Positions 9,813 to 20,421 are shown, numbered from the stretch's first letter. The stretch: 64,000 nucleotides of DNA from Candidatus Obscuribacterales bacterium (GCA_965228855.1 CBDDIJ010000003.1:3264001-3328000); one strand, 5' to 3'. The notes: generated by a model not told the origin, from the letters alone. Numbers and translations: made by a program.

Positions 9813-10919
9813 TTGACCTTGGGATCATCAAACCGGCTTATCATCGAAGAGCTTGTCGACCTCTATAGCGTAGACGACTCTGCAAGCAGCTATGACAGCC
9901 ATCCGGCAAGAGAGCAAAAACTTGCTTCCCTGACGACGGATCAACTCGGCGAGCTGGAAACTTCAATCAACTTCATGATTACGTCGGAAGATGCGTCGCA
10001 ACTTTCGGTCGCTGAAAACATCATGTTGGACTTGCTAGTCTTCACCAACGTCGGTGTAGATTCTTTAATTGTGAGAATGATCATGGCACAAGGATACATC
10101 GCAGAGTCTCTCTTTCGGGGCGGCGGCGCATCAACCAAAGACCTTTTACGAAATATCCTGCCATCAAATCCAGACTTGGGATTGATAGGATTGGCTTGGA
10201 TTGCAGATTCCGAGGTTGTATCCCAATTTGCTGAGTGGAAACAAATACCGCCGTCGTGGGCGACTCAAATCAATCTTCCGGCGCACGAATATAGTTATGT
10301 AGGTGGTTGGGAGCTCACAGCAGACAACCAGAAACGAGATCTTTTTTCAAAAACGTGTTTCGGCGTGACGCGAAGTCAATCGACGGGGACAAAATCCGGT
10401 GATAATCAGACGACCTGCATTCATTGCCGCAGACCCCTCTTCACGACAATACTTGATGCACACTACTTGAACCGCCTGTATTCGATAGCAGTTCCTGTAG
10501 ACCACTTTGAGATCCCTTTTTGCGATCTCTGCACGGGGTCAGTCGTAATGTATTCAACAATTCGTGAAAGCGGTCGTGGTCAGATCGTAGAGCGCGCCTT
10601 GCGTTCCGAGGATGTCCCACAGTGGTACTTTGATGCAGATGCAGATGGTGGTTTAGTCGAGCTTGCAGTGGACACAGAAGCTAGAGATCCGTTTTATGCA
10701 GCACAAGCATTCGCCAGGAAGACATGCTCACAGATCGGTGGTCATCCCACATGGTTGCAGGATGCGAAGTATCCAAAGTGTTCAGGATGCGGGAGAACCA
10801 TGCTATTTTTGATGCAGATCGATACCGATGAATTTGAAAATCTTTATCCCGGAACCTTCTACACATTCACCTGCGATTTGTGCCCGAATCGGCTAGCGGT
10901 GTGTAAGCAACACACATAA
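9813..10919 (+). CDS. DUF1963/YwqG-like protein with CxxC motifs
   Basis: C-terminal QIGGHPTWLQDAKYPKCSGCGRTMLFLMQID; additional CIHC, CDLC and CDLC motifs. Confidence 0.7.
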   Translation: MTLGSSNRLIIEELVDLYSVDDSASSYDSHPAREQKLASLTTDQLGELETSINFMITSEDASQLSVAENIMLDLLVFTNVGVDSLIVRMIMAQGYIAESLFRGGGASTKDLLRNILPSNPDLGLIGLAWIADSEVVSQFAEWKQIPPSWATQINLPAHEYSYVGGWELTADNQKRDLFSKTCFGVTRSQSTGTKSGDNQTTCIHCRRPLFTTILDAHYLNRLYSIAVPVDHFEIPFCDLCTGSVVMYSTIRESGRGQIVERALRSEDVPQWYFDADADGGLVELAVDTEARDPFYAAQAFARKTCSQIGGHPTWLQDAKYPKCSGCGRTMLFLMQIDTDEFENLYPGTFYTFTCDLCPNRLAVCKQHT

Positions 10920-11088
10920 TGAAAGATTAAGTGAAGGGATATCAGTGACCACGCCTTCCGCGCCTGGAGCTTGGACTTTGAAGAGTTCGCGGACGAAGCG
11001 CATAGGACCGGTACATTCTGTGGTTTTAGCGGACTTTAGGTTACCGGCACGTCCAATGAAACTCTACCAAGGCGCCAAGACTGCGGCG

Positions 11089-11391
11089 CTAAGGAGCCGC
11101 ACCACCATTATCCTCAAGCTTGAGCTTGCGATCGAGAATGAAAGTACCGAATGGATAGAGCGAGGCCACGAAGACTTCGGCGATCTTCTTCCGTCCCCAC
11201 TTATGCTCAATCAGCGCGCGGAACATGGCAACCAAATAGGTGATGAAGAGAAAACCGTGAATACTGCCGACTATGGTCACAGCCAGAGGATAGCCCGCCA
11301 CGTACTTGAGCGGCATTGCAATAAATAACAATGCAATAAATGACACTCCTTCTGCTATTCCGGCTATTCGCAACTGACGAATGGTGCTCAT
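11089..11391 (-). CDS. DUF3817 family small membrane protein
   Basis: AEGVSFIALLFIAMPLKY..GSIHGFLF..ASLYPFGTF signature. Confidence 0.85.
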   Translation of the reverse strand: MSTIRQLRIAGIAEGVSFIALLFIAMPLKYVAGYPLAVTIVGSIHGFLFITYLVAMFRALIEHKWGRKKIAEVFVASLYPFGTFILDRKLKLEDNGGAAP

Positions 11392-11448
11392 GTTTCCTCC
11401 AGGCTCCTGTCGAGACTATTCCATATCCTCGAAACTGCCGATACGATT

Positions 11449-13296
11449 TTAATCGGTTACGACATTTGCTTCAATGCAAGTCTTGATCTCAGGCTTCGAT
11501 AGAAGTTCATCGACGGTCAGTGACGTGTTTTGAATTCGCGACAAGATCATGCCACCATAAATCCACTGCTCTTCATTGGTTAGTCCAAGATTGCCGGTTA
11601 TGCGTTGATACTCTTCCACCAGACTATCAAGTTCCTGCGCGTTATCATTCGAGGATTGTTTCCTCATCCATGCGACGATGTCCAGCACTAACGCCCGCCT
11701 CGCATCGAGCGTACTCTGAAACTTGAAGCCGATATAACTGTCCTTGTTCGCGATCATTTTGGCATAAACCTGCTCAAGCCAACGATCAAACTCCGCGCTA
11801 AAATTGTAATTCTGCAAAACCTTTTGAAGATTTTGTGCCGTCACGATCTTTGCTGCTGGTGCACCAGGATAAACATAACTGGATGACTGCCCGGCAAGCA
11901 TCTTCGCAAGACTGTCGTAATAGCCCCAGGTATTTTCTTGGCAGAGTTGCTGTTGCAATGAGGCGTCTGACTCCTTCAATAGACCGGCTCTGATAACGAA
12001 TACTTCATGAGGATTGTCGTTGCAGTCAGCAACTAAATTCAATTTCTTTTGCACGCCGACATGTTCGCCCTGGTCGATAAGCATTCCAACAATGCGACCG
12101 GAAGTTGCCTCCACGACATCGTCACCCGCTACCCAGTAGTGCATCGAATTCGGAGAAATCTTGTTGAAGTTCTCGGCGAAATTAGGATCGCCCGGAATTG
12201 GTTGAGCAAATGCAATAAGAGACATTTTGTCCCAAGACCAGCTCTTAACGTCCCGACGCAACTGGTCACCAAAACATCCTTGCGTTGCGGCACTGACAAA
12301 CTGACTGGCAAGGCCCGCACCCAAACTATGCCCGGTAACGTAGATATGCTCAGGAGCTGGATACTTCTGTTCGAGAATCTGACAGCAAGCCGTAATCGGA
12401 CCGAGCATCGTGGGCAGTGCCTCGGCGAATCCCTCGGTGACTTTACCAACCTTGCTGACTAAGGGCTTCTCCACCTGCTTGCCGCTGCGAAGATCGGTAA
12501 TCCAGTCAGGATTACCTTTAGGCGCTCCAATAAAATCCTGCGCTTTCCAAATTGTCTTGCTCAGGGCGGAGCCACTGCGGCTGCCACGAAACACAATATG
12601 AGCATCATAGCCAGTGGGCGTCTTTTGCATGAGAACAAAACCCATAATGCTCCATGCTGGGTTGGTATTACCAGCGATACCAGTGCCTCCCTCAAACGCG
12701 ATTAAGTGATCTTCACCGCTGGGATATTCGCGGATTCTGACCTCTTCCACATCATTGCAGGGGAAGCTAACTGGCTTACTTTTGTAGCGCACCACTTCAA
12801 TCTCTTTGATGTTTTCCGTTGCGTATGTAGGAGCTTGCACGGCGATAAACCGCTCTCCGTCCCGCGTAAAAGCTGGCAGTTTCACATCCAGTTGCTTGTA
12901 GTTTGTAAGTACGGGATCCAGGTTGAGATTGCTATCGCTCCAACCACGCGCGGCGTTTGGACCACTGTAAAAGCCCGTCGCCGCAATAGAAGCAGCGGCT
13001 GGTCTACCAAGCGTAGCAGCATATTCATGTGTGAATCGACAGATGTTATTGCGTCTGTCGCTGCCAATCCGAGACAAATTGTCGTACCACGGATCGAGCG
13101 GCAGACAAAGAGACTGATGATAAAGTTGATACGCAAGCGTGCATAAGTCTAGATTGATAATCGATTGCGGAATGTTCTGTAACTTAGTATCGCGAGCGAT
13201 CGCCGACGGACAAATCGAAATAGCTAAAATGAACAGGATGAAGCTAGCGACACGTCGAACGTTGACGAACCTCAGACATCTTCTGGTTGATTGCAT
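11449..13296 (-). CDS. Secreted lipase class 3-like alpha/beta hydrolase
   Basis: Signal peptide, IVFRGS, DWITDL, and nucleophile elbow VTGHSLGAGLA. Confidence 0.8.
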   Translation of the reverse strand: MQSTRRCLRFVNVRRVASFILFILAISICPSAIARDTKLQNIPQSIINLDLCTLAYQLYHQSLCLPLDPWYDNLSRIGSDRRNNICRFTHEYAATLGRPAAASIAATGFYSGPNAARGWSDSNLNLDPVLTNYKQLDVKLPAFTRDGERFIAVQAPTYATENIKEIEVVRYKSKPVSFPCNDVEEVRIREYPSGEDHLIAFEGGTGIAGNTNPAWSIMGFVLMQKTPTGYDAHIVFRGSRSGSALSKTIWKAQDFIGAPKGNPDWITDLRSGKQVEKPLVSKVGKVTEGFAEALPTMLGPITACCQILEQKYPAPEHIYVTGHSLGAGLASQFVSAATQGCFGDQLRRDVKSWSWDKMSLIAFAQPIPGDPNFAENFNKISPNSMHYWVAGDDVVEATSGRIVGMLIDQGEHVGVQKKLNLVADCNDNPHEVFVIRAGLLKESDASLQQQLCQENTWGYYDSLAKMLAGQSSSYVYPGAPAAKIVTAQNLQKVLQNYNFSAEFDRWLEQVYAKMIANKDSYIGFKFQSTLDARRALVLDIVAWMRKQSSNDNAQELDSLVEEYQRITGNLGLTNEEQWIYGGMILSRIQNTSLTVDELLSKPEIKTCIEANVVTD

Positions 13297-13386
13297 TACT
13301 TAATCTCGTTTCATTAGAAACTGAGATTATATACGAGTTGGGGCTGCGGCTTCTCGACCATCACTTGACTGACTGGATTGCGATTT

Positions 13387-14085
13387 TCAGCCATCGCCCT
13401 GCGTTTCTGACCTTAACTCTATCCAGACTTCGTTTCGTCGAAGGAAAGGCAGTGTCCACGGTGGATTGTAGACGGCAAGAACGGGCTCGCCGGCAGTGAC
13501 AAAACCGTTTGCTTCGATGAAACCTTGCAATCGTTTTATTTCACGTTCCACTCTATGTTCGTCCGTCAGTCCAGAGAATCTAATTGTCGCGTACGAACAA
13601 GCTGGAATCACTTCGAATTGTATGCGCTTGTCTTCGGGTTCCGGCAGCGTGTCCAGATCGTATTTAGAAGGCATGAAAAACTTCATGGTCATGCCTTTTC
13701 CAGAGGTCGTCTTGGTCACGGGTACCGTCATAGCGATTTTTTCCGGCGCAACTTCCTGTGTCACAGGTACAGTCATGGCAATCTTCTTGCTCGATTTGTT
13801 CTTGCCAAAGATGTAGCCGGCCAGTACTCCGAAGGCGCGGTTGGCCATCTTGTTACTGTCTTCGCCCGTGACTGTAACCGATGCCGCTACCACTCTCGGA
13901 TACTTTCTTACTTCGAATTCGTTTTCCTTTTTGACGCTCTGCCAGCCTGGCTCTTCATATTTAGCATCGGCATTGCCTGACATAACTGATGCGATACCGG
14001 CTATCCCAGCAATTCCAGCAGCAAGCAGGAGAATCGATTTGCCTTTCATTGGTAACGACCTCGAAATAGACCTATCTCCTTTCAT
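13387..14085 (-). CDS. SOUL heme-binding protein
   Basis: AFGVLAGYIFGKN, KIAMTVPV twice, FFMPSKY, YNPPWTLPFLRRNEVW; N-terminal signal or anchor. Confidence 0.93.
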   Translation of the reverse strand: MKGDRSISRSLPMKGKSILLLAAGIAGIAGIASVMSGNADAKYEEPGWQSVKKENEFEVRKYPRVVAASVTVTGEDSNKMANRAFGVLAGYIFGKNKSSKKIAMTVPVTQEVAPEKIAMTVPVTKTTSGKGMTMKFFMPSKYDLDTLPEPEDKRIQFEVIPACSYATIRFSGLTDEHRVEREIKRLQGFIEANGFVTAGEPVLAVYNPPWTLPFLRRNEVWIELRSETQGDG

Positions 14086-14360
14086 TCTGCGTCAACGAAG
14101 TGAGTTTTGCGTGAACAGCAGTCATCCGAATCATGAGCAACACCCCTGCAGTTGGGTCCTAAGTTGGGCTTGTAGCTGGACTCGCACCATCGGCGGTGTC
14201 GAAATATACGGCTTCAGACTCCGTTCTACATTTTTAGCCGTTCTCACCCTCTGTCCGCGCTCAGTTCGTTAGAAACGCTTTGTTGCTAATCGTCCGAAGG
14301 AAGGATGATTATCATCGCCAACACAGCGACAATTTCAGGGTATTTTGATGGAGGCAATTC

Positions 14361-14786
14361 ATGAGTGCTTGGCGCATCGCTATTTGTATCGTTTTGTTTG
14401 CGGTGGTCGCCGACACCGCCGCAACAGCAGCGGATCGCGTGAAGGCGAATCCCAAAACGACAGGCAAGTCGGTTTATATGGCTCGCTGCGAGGCTTGCCA
14501 TATGATGGGTATGAACGTCATTAAGCCTGGCAAAGACATCGTTGTTTCCAATAAACTGGTGAGCCTTGATGAATTTAAGGAGTTCCTCTCTGAACCTCAC
14601 GGAGTGATGCCGGCGTTTAAGGAACTAGCGAGTGATTCTGAGACTGTCAAAGCCTTATATGGATTCACGAAAAAACTAAAACATCAGAACTGGACCTACT
14701 ATCCCCCGCTCGAGAATCAGCCGGAAGAGCCCGCTCAGCCACAAAAGAAGCAAAAACCCGGCGACAATCAGAAGCCCGCGGGCTAA
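14361..14786 (+). CDS. Monoheme cytochrome c (c6-like)
   Basis: Signal peptide, CEACH heme-binding motif, and GVMPAF axial Met motif. Confidence 0.85.
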   Translation: MSAWRIAICIVLFAVVADTAATAADRVKANPKTTGKSVYMARCEACHMMGMNVIKPGKDIVVSNKLVSLDEFKEFLSEPHGVMPAFKELASDSETVKALYGFTKKLKHQNWTYYPPLENQPEEPAQPQKKQKPGDNQKPAG

Positions 14787-14970
14787 AATCGGGGCATCAT
14801 CCTACCGGTTGATTTTTTATCGCATTCAGCCCCTTGCACGCAGAATGCACCGCCAAAATCATCCCTTTGGTGGAATTAAATGAGCCAACGAAGGGCTATA
14901 TTCTTAGCATTGGTACGTGCGAATGTTTCAAGGAGTCCCGCCAAGGCAATCAAGCCGAAGCAAAATAGCT

Positions 14971-16257
14971 ATGTCACATCTGGTAGTCTGCGGTCTTAAC
15001 TATAGTTCTTCTCCGCTCACCATTCGCGAGAAGTTCGCCATTCCCGAGTCCTGCGTTAAGCATGCATTGCGCATGTTGTCGGAATATCCGGAAATTGAAG
15101 AATCCGTTCTCCTTTCTACTTGCAATCGAACTGAAGTCTACGCAGTCGTGACAGACGTAGAAGCAGGTCTGAAACGTCTGGACGAGTTTTTCAAACACGT
15201 ACGCCAGATAGCGGATCATGAATCATTGAAACCCAACTTTCGATTACTAAGAGATGACGTCTGCTTACATTTGTTCCGCGTCGCCTCCGGACTAAACAGC
15301 ATGGTGTTTGGCGAAGCGCAAATCATCTCACAAATCAAAAAGGCGCACGAAGCGGCATCGCAGACCGGCAACTCTGGTGTGGTTTTAAACAGATTATTTC
15401 AATTGGCTCTGGAAACCGGGAAAAGAGTTCGAATGGAAACCTCGATCGGCAGACGCGCAATGTCGATCAGCTCGGTCGCTGTGGAACTTGCGAAAAAACA
15501 GATCAACCTGAATGCTAATTTCGAAGTCACCGTGATTGGTGCAGGCACCATGGCACAGGAGTGCATTTGGCATCTGCAAAAGGTCAAGCAAGCAGAGCCA
15601 CTTTTCGTCTCCAATAGGTCTGCCGAGCGACTCCGCGAGCTCGATAAACAGTACGGTGACCGCGTTAAAACCGATTCCAATTTCGCTGCGATTGCAAACC
15701 GAGTCGCTCGCTCCAGATTGATTCTTGTCGCCACAAGCGCTCCGCAGTATGTTTTGAGATATGAAGAACTGTTGGCAGCTCTTGAAAAGAGCGGTGCTCG
15801 GCGCGATCTTTTGATTGTCGACTTATCAGTACCAAGGAATGTCGATCCCCGAATAGCCACCATTCCTGGTGTCACGCTGAAACATGCTGAGGATTTAAGC
15901 TATATCCTGTCGCGTAACAAGGAAGAACGGCAGGCGCTCTCCGGCGAAGCCGAAACCATCGTCTTCGAAATGCTCGAGAAGTTTCAAATCTGGCAAAATA
16001 CCAGAGCCGTTGTTCCAACAATCGTAAAGATGAGACAACGGCTTGAATCGATTCGGCAGCATCATTTGGACAAGAAGAATGATTCAGTCGGCGGCGCGGA
16101 TGATGAGGAAATTAGCCGAATCGTAGTCAACCAGATACTGCATGGACCCACTGTTGGGCTCAAGTCCACAAAAAATAGAAGATTGCAACAGAGACGGGCA
16201 GAGCTTTTGGAAGAACTATTCGAACTTAATTCCAGATGTGATGGACGGCGGGCCTAG
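14971..16257 (+). CDS. hemA: Glutamyl-tRNA reductase
   Basis: LLSTCNRTEVY (catalytic Cys), HLFRVASGLNSMVFGEAQI, GAGTMA, VDLSVPRNVDP; ATG at 14971 preferred over GTG at 14917. Confidence 0.95.
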   Translation: MSHLVVCGLNYSSSPLTIREKFAIPESCVKHALRMLSEYPEIEESVLLSTCNRTEVYAVVTDVEAGLKRLDEFFKHVRQIADHESLKPNFRLLRDDVCLHLFRVASGLNSMVFGEAQIISQIKKAHEAASQTGNSGVVLNRLFQLALETGKRVRMETSIGRRAMSISSVAVELAKKQINLNANFEVTVIGAGTMAQECIWHLQKVKQAEPLFVSNRSAERLRELDKQYGDRVKTDSNFAAIANRVARSRLILVATSAPQYVLRYEELLAALEKSGARRDLLIVDLSVPRNVDPRIATIPGVTLKHAEDLSYILSRNKEERQALSGEAETIVFEMLEKFQIWQNTRAVVPTIVKMRQRLESIRQHHLDKKNDSVGGADDEEISRIVVNQILHGPTVGLKSTKNRRLQQRRAELLEELFELNSRCDGRRA

Positions 16258-16284
16258 CTGAGGGACAGAAGAGAATAAGGCTCA

Positions 16285-17565
16285 CTAAGGCTGCTCGACC
16301 GGCACAAAATCCTTTTTGCTTATATGTGCATGCACCCCTTTTGTCTCATCAACAACTTGGGTAATTTCGAAGTCTGCAGCCGCACTCAAATAAGAGAGTG
16401 CAGAAGCGCTGTCCATACCCATCTTATCGACGAGAAATTTGATTGACGCGCGAACGGTTTTTTTCATAGCGGAATCAAGCGAGGGATCTAAGCCGATTGG
16501 AATCCAGTAATCCGGAGTTTCGGCAAATGGGGCGGTGAGCGGTTTTACAGGTATCTCCGGATCTCCTGCTTTCAGCAACGTTAGCCTCACCGTTGTCCTC
16601 AGTGATGCCTCCAGCGCAGTTAAAGCTACTTCTCCATCGCCTTGATTGAAGTGCGGGTCGCCCATGAAAAACATCCCGCCCTCCAATTCGATCGGAAGGA
16701 AAAGCGACGTACCAACCGTCAAATCTTTGAGATCCAGATTGCCACCGTATGACGAAGGCGGTATGGAGTTGACCTTGCTCGATGTATCGGGTGCAACTCC
16801 CATCGTCCCCATAAAAGGATTGAGTGGAAAATGGACCTGCCGGCCGGAGTCTGCTTTTACAATGCCGTACAAGGCGCCCTTGCGTTCCTCTATGGGAATA
16901 AATGTAAACACGCTTCCATATAATTCTGGATGCTCCTTATCGGCGCCCGGCTTCGGACCGTCGTTTTTTGGATATTCACCAGGCAATGCTCCCTTGCCAT
17001 GCCGATTTCCTACAATTCCATAAGGGACTCTCGGCACAAGCGAAATCATGTCGACTTTGAGAACGTCGCCTGGTTGGGCCCCTTCTATGGCAATTGGTCC
17101 CATAATTATGTGCGGCCCGTCCGTGACCATATTATGTTCGGTATTCGAGGCGCATATCTCAATTGCATCCTGAAGAACTTCGCTTTTAGGAACACCGAAC
17201 TTCCCAAAAAACTTGACAGGATCGCGGCCCTGATCCTCGACCATCCCTTCAGACGAAAGGGTATCAAACGTAATCACACTTTTCGAAGGAACGGTCAGAA
17301 TAGCCTTTGAGTTTTTATTGGGCAAGAAACCCCATTGCATTGTACTCAGGGTAGCCGGGACGTAGAAGTTACCATCAGGCAATTTGCATGGATTATCGCC
17401 CATCCTTTGCAGCACGGCGATTTTTTTCTCAGGAGAAACCTTAGCAGCCGCTCCGACATCGTCAGATGCGGCTGCACCATTGGCGGTGAGTAGCGAGCTA
17501 ATGGTCGCCACGGAACAAGCGTACAATTTAAGATCGCAAAAGAATTCGAAAACGCGTTTCTGCAT
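16285..17565 (-). CDS. Acetamidase/formamidase family protein, possibly exported
   Basis: GPHIIMGPIAIEGAQPGDVL, PFMGTMGVAP, GGNLDL, GDPHFNQGDGEV..TALE; N-terminal signal-like stretch. Confidence 0.9.
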   Translation of the reverse strand: MQKRVFEFFCDLKLYACSVATISSLLTANGAAASDDVGAAAKVSPEKKIAVLQRMGDNPCKLPDGNFYVPATLSTMQWGFLPNKNSKAILTVPSKSVITFDTLSSEGMVEDQGRDPVKFFGKFGVPKSEVLQDAIEICASNTEHNMVTDGPHIIMGPIAIEGAQPGDVLKVDMISLVPRVPYGIVGNRHGKGALPGEYPKNDGPKPGADKEHPELYGSVFTFIPIEERKGALYGIVKADSGRQVHFPLNPFMGTMGVAPDTSSKVNSIPPSSYGGNLDLKDLTVGTSLFLPIELEGGMFFMGDPHFNQGDGEVALTALEASLRTTVRLTLLKAGDPEIPVKPLTAPFAETPDYWIPIGLDPSLDSAMKKTVRASIKFLVDKMGMDSASALSYLSAAADFEITQVVDETKGVHAHISKKDFVPVEQP

Positions 17566-17685
17566 TAATTATGCTCCTCAATCACTCATTTGGGGGATGT
17601 CCGCCCATTGCAAGCACAGTTTCAATTGATCAGTCGACCATAACTGTTTATGCCCCAATTGAACAACTTGAATTGCAAAACATTA

Positions 17686-18690
17686 TTAATCTAAGGTCTG
17701 AAGCAACTCCACGAGACCCGTATTAAGTCTATCAATCAACGCCCTCAGATCAAACAGCATCGAAATTCTGGCATTCATAAGCTTGATTGTTTCGCACCGC
17801 CTATGGTGCCGTGGCCCATATCCTGAAACGCGTTCGATAGTTACATCCTTCTTGATATTTATCGGGAGGACCTTTGTGGTTTCCCAATACTTAACGAGTT
17901 GCTCCCGCCGGTTAAGTCCAGTAGTGCTCCCTGGAGGCACGGAATTCAGGTAGTTCCACAATATCGGATGGAGATGTTCGGAAGGAGGCGTTTGCAGGTC
18001 AAATGCTTGTCCAAGCAGATTTGGATCCGATTTAACGTGGCGAGCGCCACCTTTCTGCGCGCACAGGGAAAGAAACGCGAGACTGCCTACCGTTAGACCT
18101 GACACAATATTGAGCCGATCTCCGCGCAAGTTATATTTTTTCTTTGTCGTTATGCCGAGCGGTCCATCAATAATAGTGCTACCTATTCCTAGCTGAAGGA
18201 AGTTTATGTCGTTGAGCACCGCCACAGTTAAATCGCGATTTCTAGTAACACGATCAAGCGCTTGTTGCTCCAGGATTATTTCTCTGTCAAACTGAGCCGA
18301 AACAACTCTGAGTTGCAATCCGGTTGACATCACTTTCCGCACCAGCTCAAGCTGCAGCTTCATCGCATCTTTGTCATAAATTTCCAACCGTCCGGAGTTC
18401 TTCAAATCGATCAGTCGTTGAACGTCTTGCTCGATTTTCATGAGCTTCGCAGCTTCTCTAGCGTGCTCCGTCAAGCCGGTGACCGGCGCAGAACTAACCG
18501 ATGCGACAAGTTTTGCACTTTCTTCAGTTTCGTGCAGTGGTACTTCGGAAGTGGCCTCTTCATCTGCGAGAACAGGACTCATCGTGAGTAACGAGACTAA
18601 CAGCGCAAAAATTATTCGCTCCAATCTAGGAATGGCGGTGTGATTCCCACTTCGATTTACCCCTTCGTTTATGGTTATCTTCTGCGACAT
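17686..18690 (-). CDS. Secreted hypothetical helical protein, paralog of both halves of 18691-20421
   Basis: Signal peptide; shares NF.Q.G, I/VSG, PN.L and LNS.PPGS..G..RRE.L...W motifs with the neighbouring gene. Confidence 0.75.
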   Translation of the reverse strand: MSQKITINEGVNRSGNHTAIPRLERIIFALLVSLLTMSPVLADEEATSEVPLHETEESAKLVASVSSAPVTGLTEHAREAAKLMKIEQDVQRLIDLKNSGRLEIYDKDAMKLQLELVRKVMSTGLQLRVVSAQFDREIILEQQALDRVTRNRDLTVAVLNDINFLQLGIGSTIIDGPLGITTKKKYNLRGDRLNIVSGLTVGSLAFLSLCAQKGGARHVKSDPNLLGQAFDLQTPPSEHLHPILWNYLNSVPPGSTTGLNRREQLVKYWETTKVLPINIKKDVTIERVSGYGPRHHRRCETIKLMNARISMLFDLRALIDRLNTGLVELLQTLD

Positions 18691-20421
18691 CTATCTATCT
18701 TGCTCCGTGCTAACCAGCACATTAAGAGCTTCCGCCTGAAAGGATTCGAGTTCCTTCTTCAAGGATTGAAGCAATGCGATTCGATTTTTTACTACTTTTA
18801 TCGTGTCATAACGGTGCGACGGCATAGCTGAAACAGCTTGAAGAGTCTTTGGCGAATCCAGATCCATCGTAGTCAGATTGCTCCGTCTCCATTCCTCGTT
18901 CAATAACTCCCTTCGTGATTTTCCATCGACAGATCCGGGAGGTGGCGAGTTTAGAAGTTTAGATACAAAGGTAGAAAATCGATAATCTTCGCGCGCTTTC
19001 AGACCTAAAATATCTGCGAGCGAGTTTGGTCCCGTATCGACTTTCCTCCAGAAGCCATGCATTTGCATCGCAGCCAGTAGCGTTAGCGCAGTACCGTTGC
19101 TTCCAGAGATCACAAACATCTGATCGCCGGCGAAAGTATGCTTGCTGAGATATAGTTTGCCTGCAACGATGCCGAGAATACCGGATTGGAGGAAGTTGGC
19201 ATCGTAGTTTAGCTGAAGCCATTTGGCTCGGCTGCTCGCCAGGTCCGAAAGAACGATGTGGTAGTTGTAATAAAGTTCTTCGTCAACCTTATCAGTGGCT
19301 ACCTGAATCTCGAGAGCCCCTTCGAGGGTTCTCTCCAGAATAAGCACCTCCAGCTCAATGATTCTGTCGAAATCGGCTCCGCTTTGCTTAAGACGCCTCA
19401 CCTCTTCCATCTGCGGAAGAATCCTGAGAGAGCGCGCAAGCTCGCTCTCAGTCGCGGAAGAAGCTGAAGAAGAAGACGAAGACCCGGAAATTTGCTCCTG
19501 AGAAACGCCAATCTTTTTGAGGAGTGCAAGCAAGTCGCAGTCGAACTGCAAAACGGCCGTGCGTAGCGACCACAAGAGTAATATGCGAGATCTAAGCAGA
19601 TTTAAGCTTGCTTTCTTTTTGTCAGCCAGCGAACATAAATTTTCCTTGTCCGATGCATCAATTCCATATTGTCGAAGCCAAAAGGAATAAATCTCTTGCC
19701 TGCGAGTCTTTCCAGAATTCGGCAGAGGGGCATCGAAAAAACTGTCGAGCAAAGGAGGCATGCGACTTCCGTCGACCGGACCGCCTTCAACCAGATTACC
19801 GAGCACCGCTGGCGGTGCCACATTGTTTGCCTTCGCTAAGGCGCTATGAACTCGAGAAAGAGTCGAGATAGAGGTGTTTAGAGAACCGCTCACTGTAGTG
19901 AAAATTGCGGAGGTCTTAAACTGGTCCTGCATACGCATGAACGGCTCTAAGGTATAGAAGGTCGAGAGCTGAGCGAAGTTCGCCGCAGTGAAAATCTGCC
20001 CGACGAAGGTTTGCCGCCTGGCTTCCTTCTGCATAATGTCATAAGTGTATGCACGCTCGAGGTCAAGCCTGTTGCAGTATTGTCTTACTTCCAACGAACC
20101 TCGTAGAATTTTTCTCAAGATAAGTGCCCGCAGTAAGAGAATCTCTTCCCTGTCGGCACCAGGGTCCTTCCTCAAAAGCTCGAGTCGTTCAACTTGCGAA
20201 CGCACGCCGAGAATTTCCGCAGCCTGGAAAGGATCGGGTCGACTAGAAAGAATATTCTCCGTCCTTGCGTGGCACTGGTTAGCAAAGATGATGCAGCACA
20301 TCAACAGTGCAGCGATGCATCTCCAGCGCAGGCAAAGAAAATTCCATTTGACCACAAATCTTCCTGGCTCTCGAAATTTGAACAGAGACTTACCAACGCG
20401 AATATTTTGACACATTGACAA
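18691..20421 (-). CDS. Secreted hypothetical protein made of two tandem homologous helical domains
   Basis: Internal duplication joined by a poly-Ser linker; its stop abuts the start of the next gene (0-bp gap). True start may be downstream of 20421. Confidence 0.75.
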   Translation of the reverse strand: MSMCQNIRVGKSLFKFREPGRFVVKWNFLCLRWRCIAALLMCCIIFANQCHARTENILSSRPDPFQAAEILGVRSQVERLELLRKDPGADREEILLLRALILRKILRGSLEVRQYCNRLDLERAYTYDIMQKEARRQTFVGQIFTAANFAQLSTFYTLEPFMRMQDQFKTSAIFTTVSGSLNTSISTLSRVHSALAKANNVAPPAVLGNLVEGGPVDGSRMPPLLDSFFDAPLPNSGKTRRQEIYSFWLRQYGIDASDKENLCSLADKKKASLNLLRSRILLLWSLRTAVLQFDCDLLALLKKIGVSQEQISGSSSSSSASSATESELARSLRILPQMEEVRRLKQSGADFDRIIELEVLILERTLEGALEIQVATDKVDEELYYNYHIVLSDLASSRAKWLQLNYDANFLQSGILGIVAGKLYLSKHTFAGDQMFVISGSNGTALTLLAAMQMHGFWRKVDTGPNSLADILGLKAREDYRFSTFVSKLLNSPPPGSVDGKSRRELLNEEWRRSNLTTMDLDSPKTLQAVSAMPSHRYDTIKVVKNRIALLQSLKKELESFQAEALNVLVSTEQDR

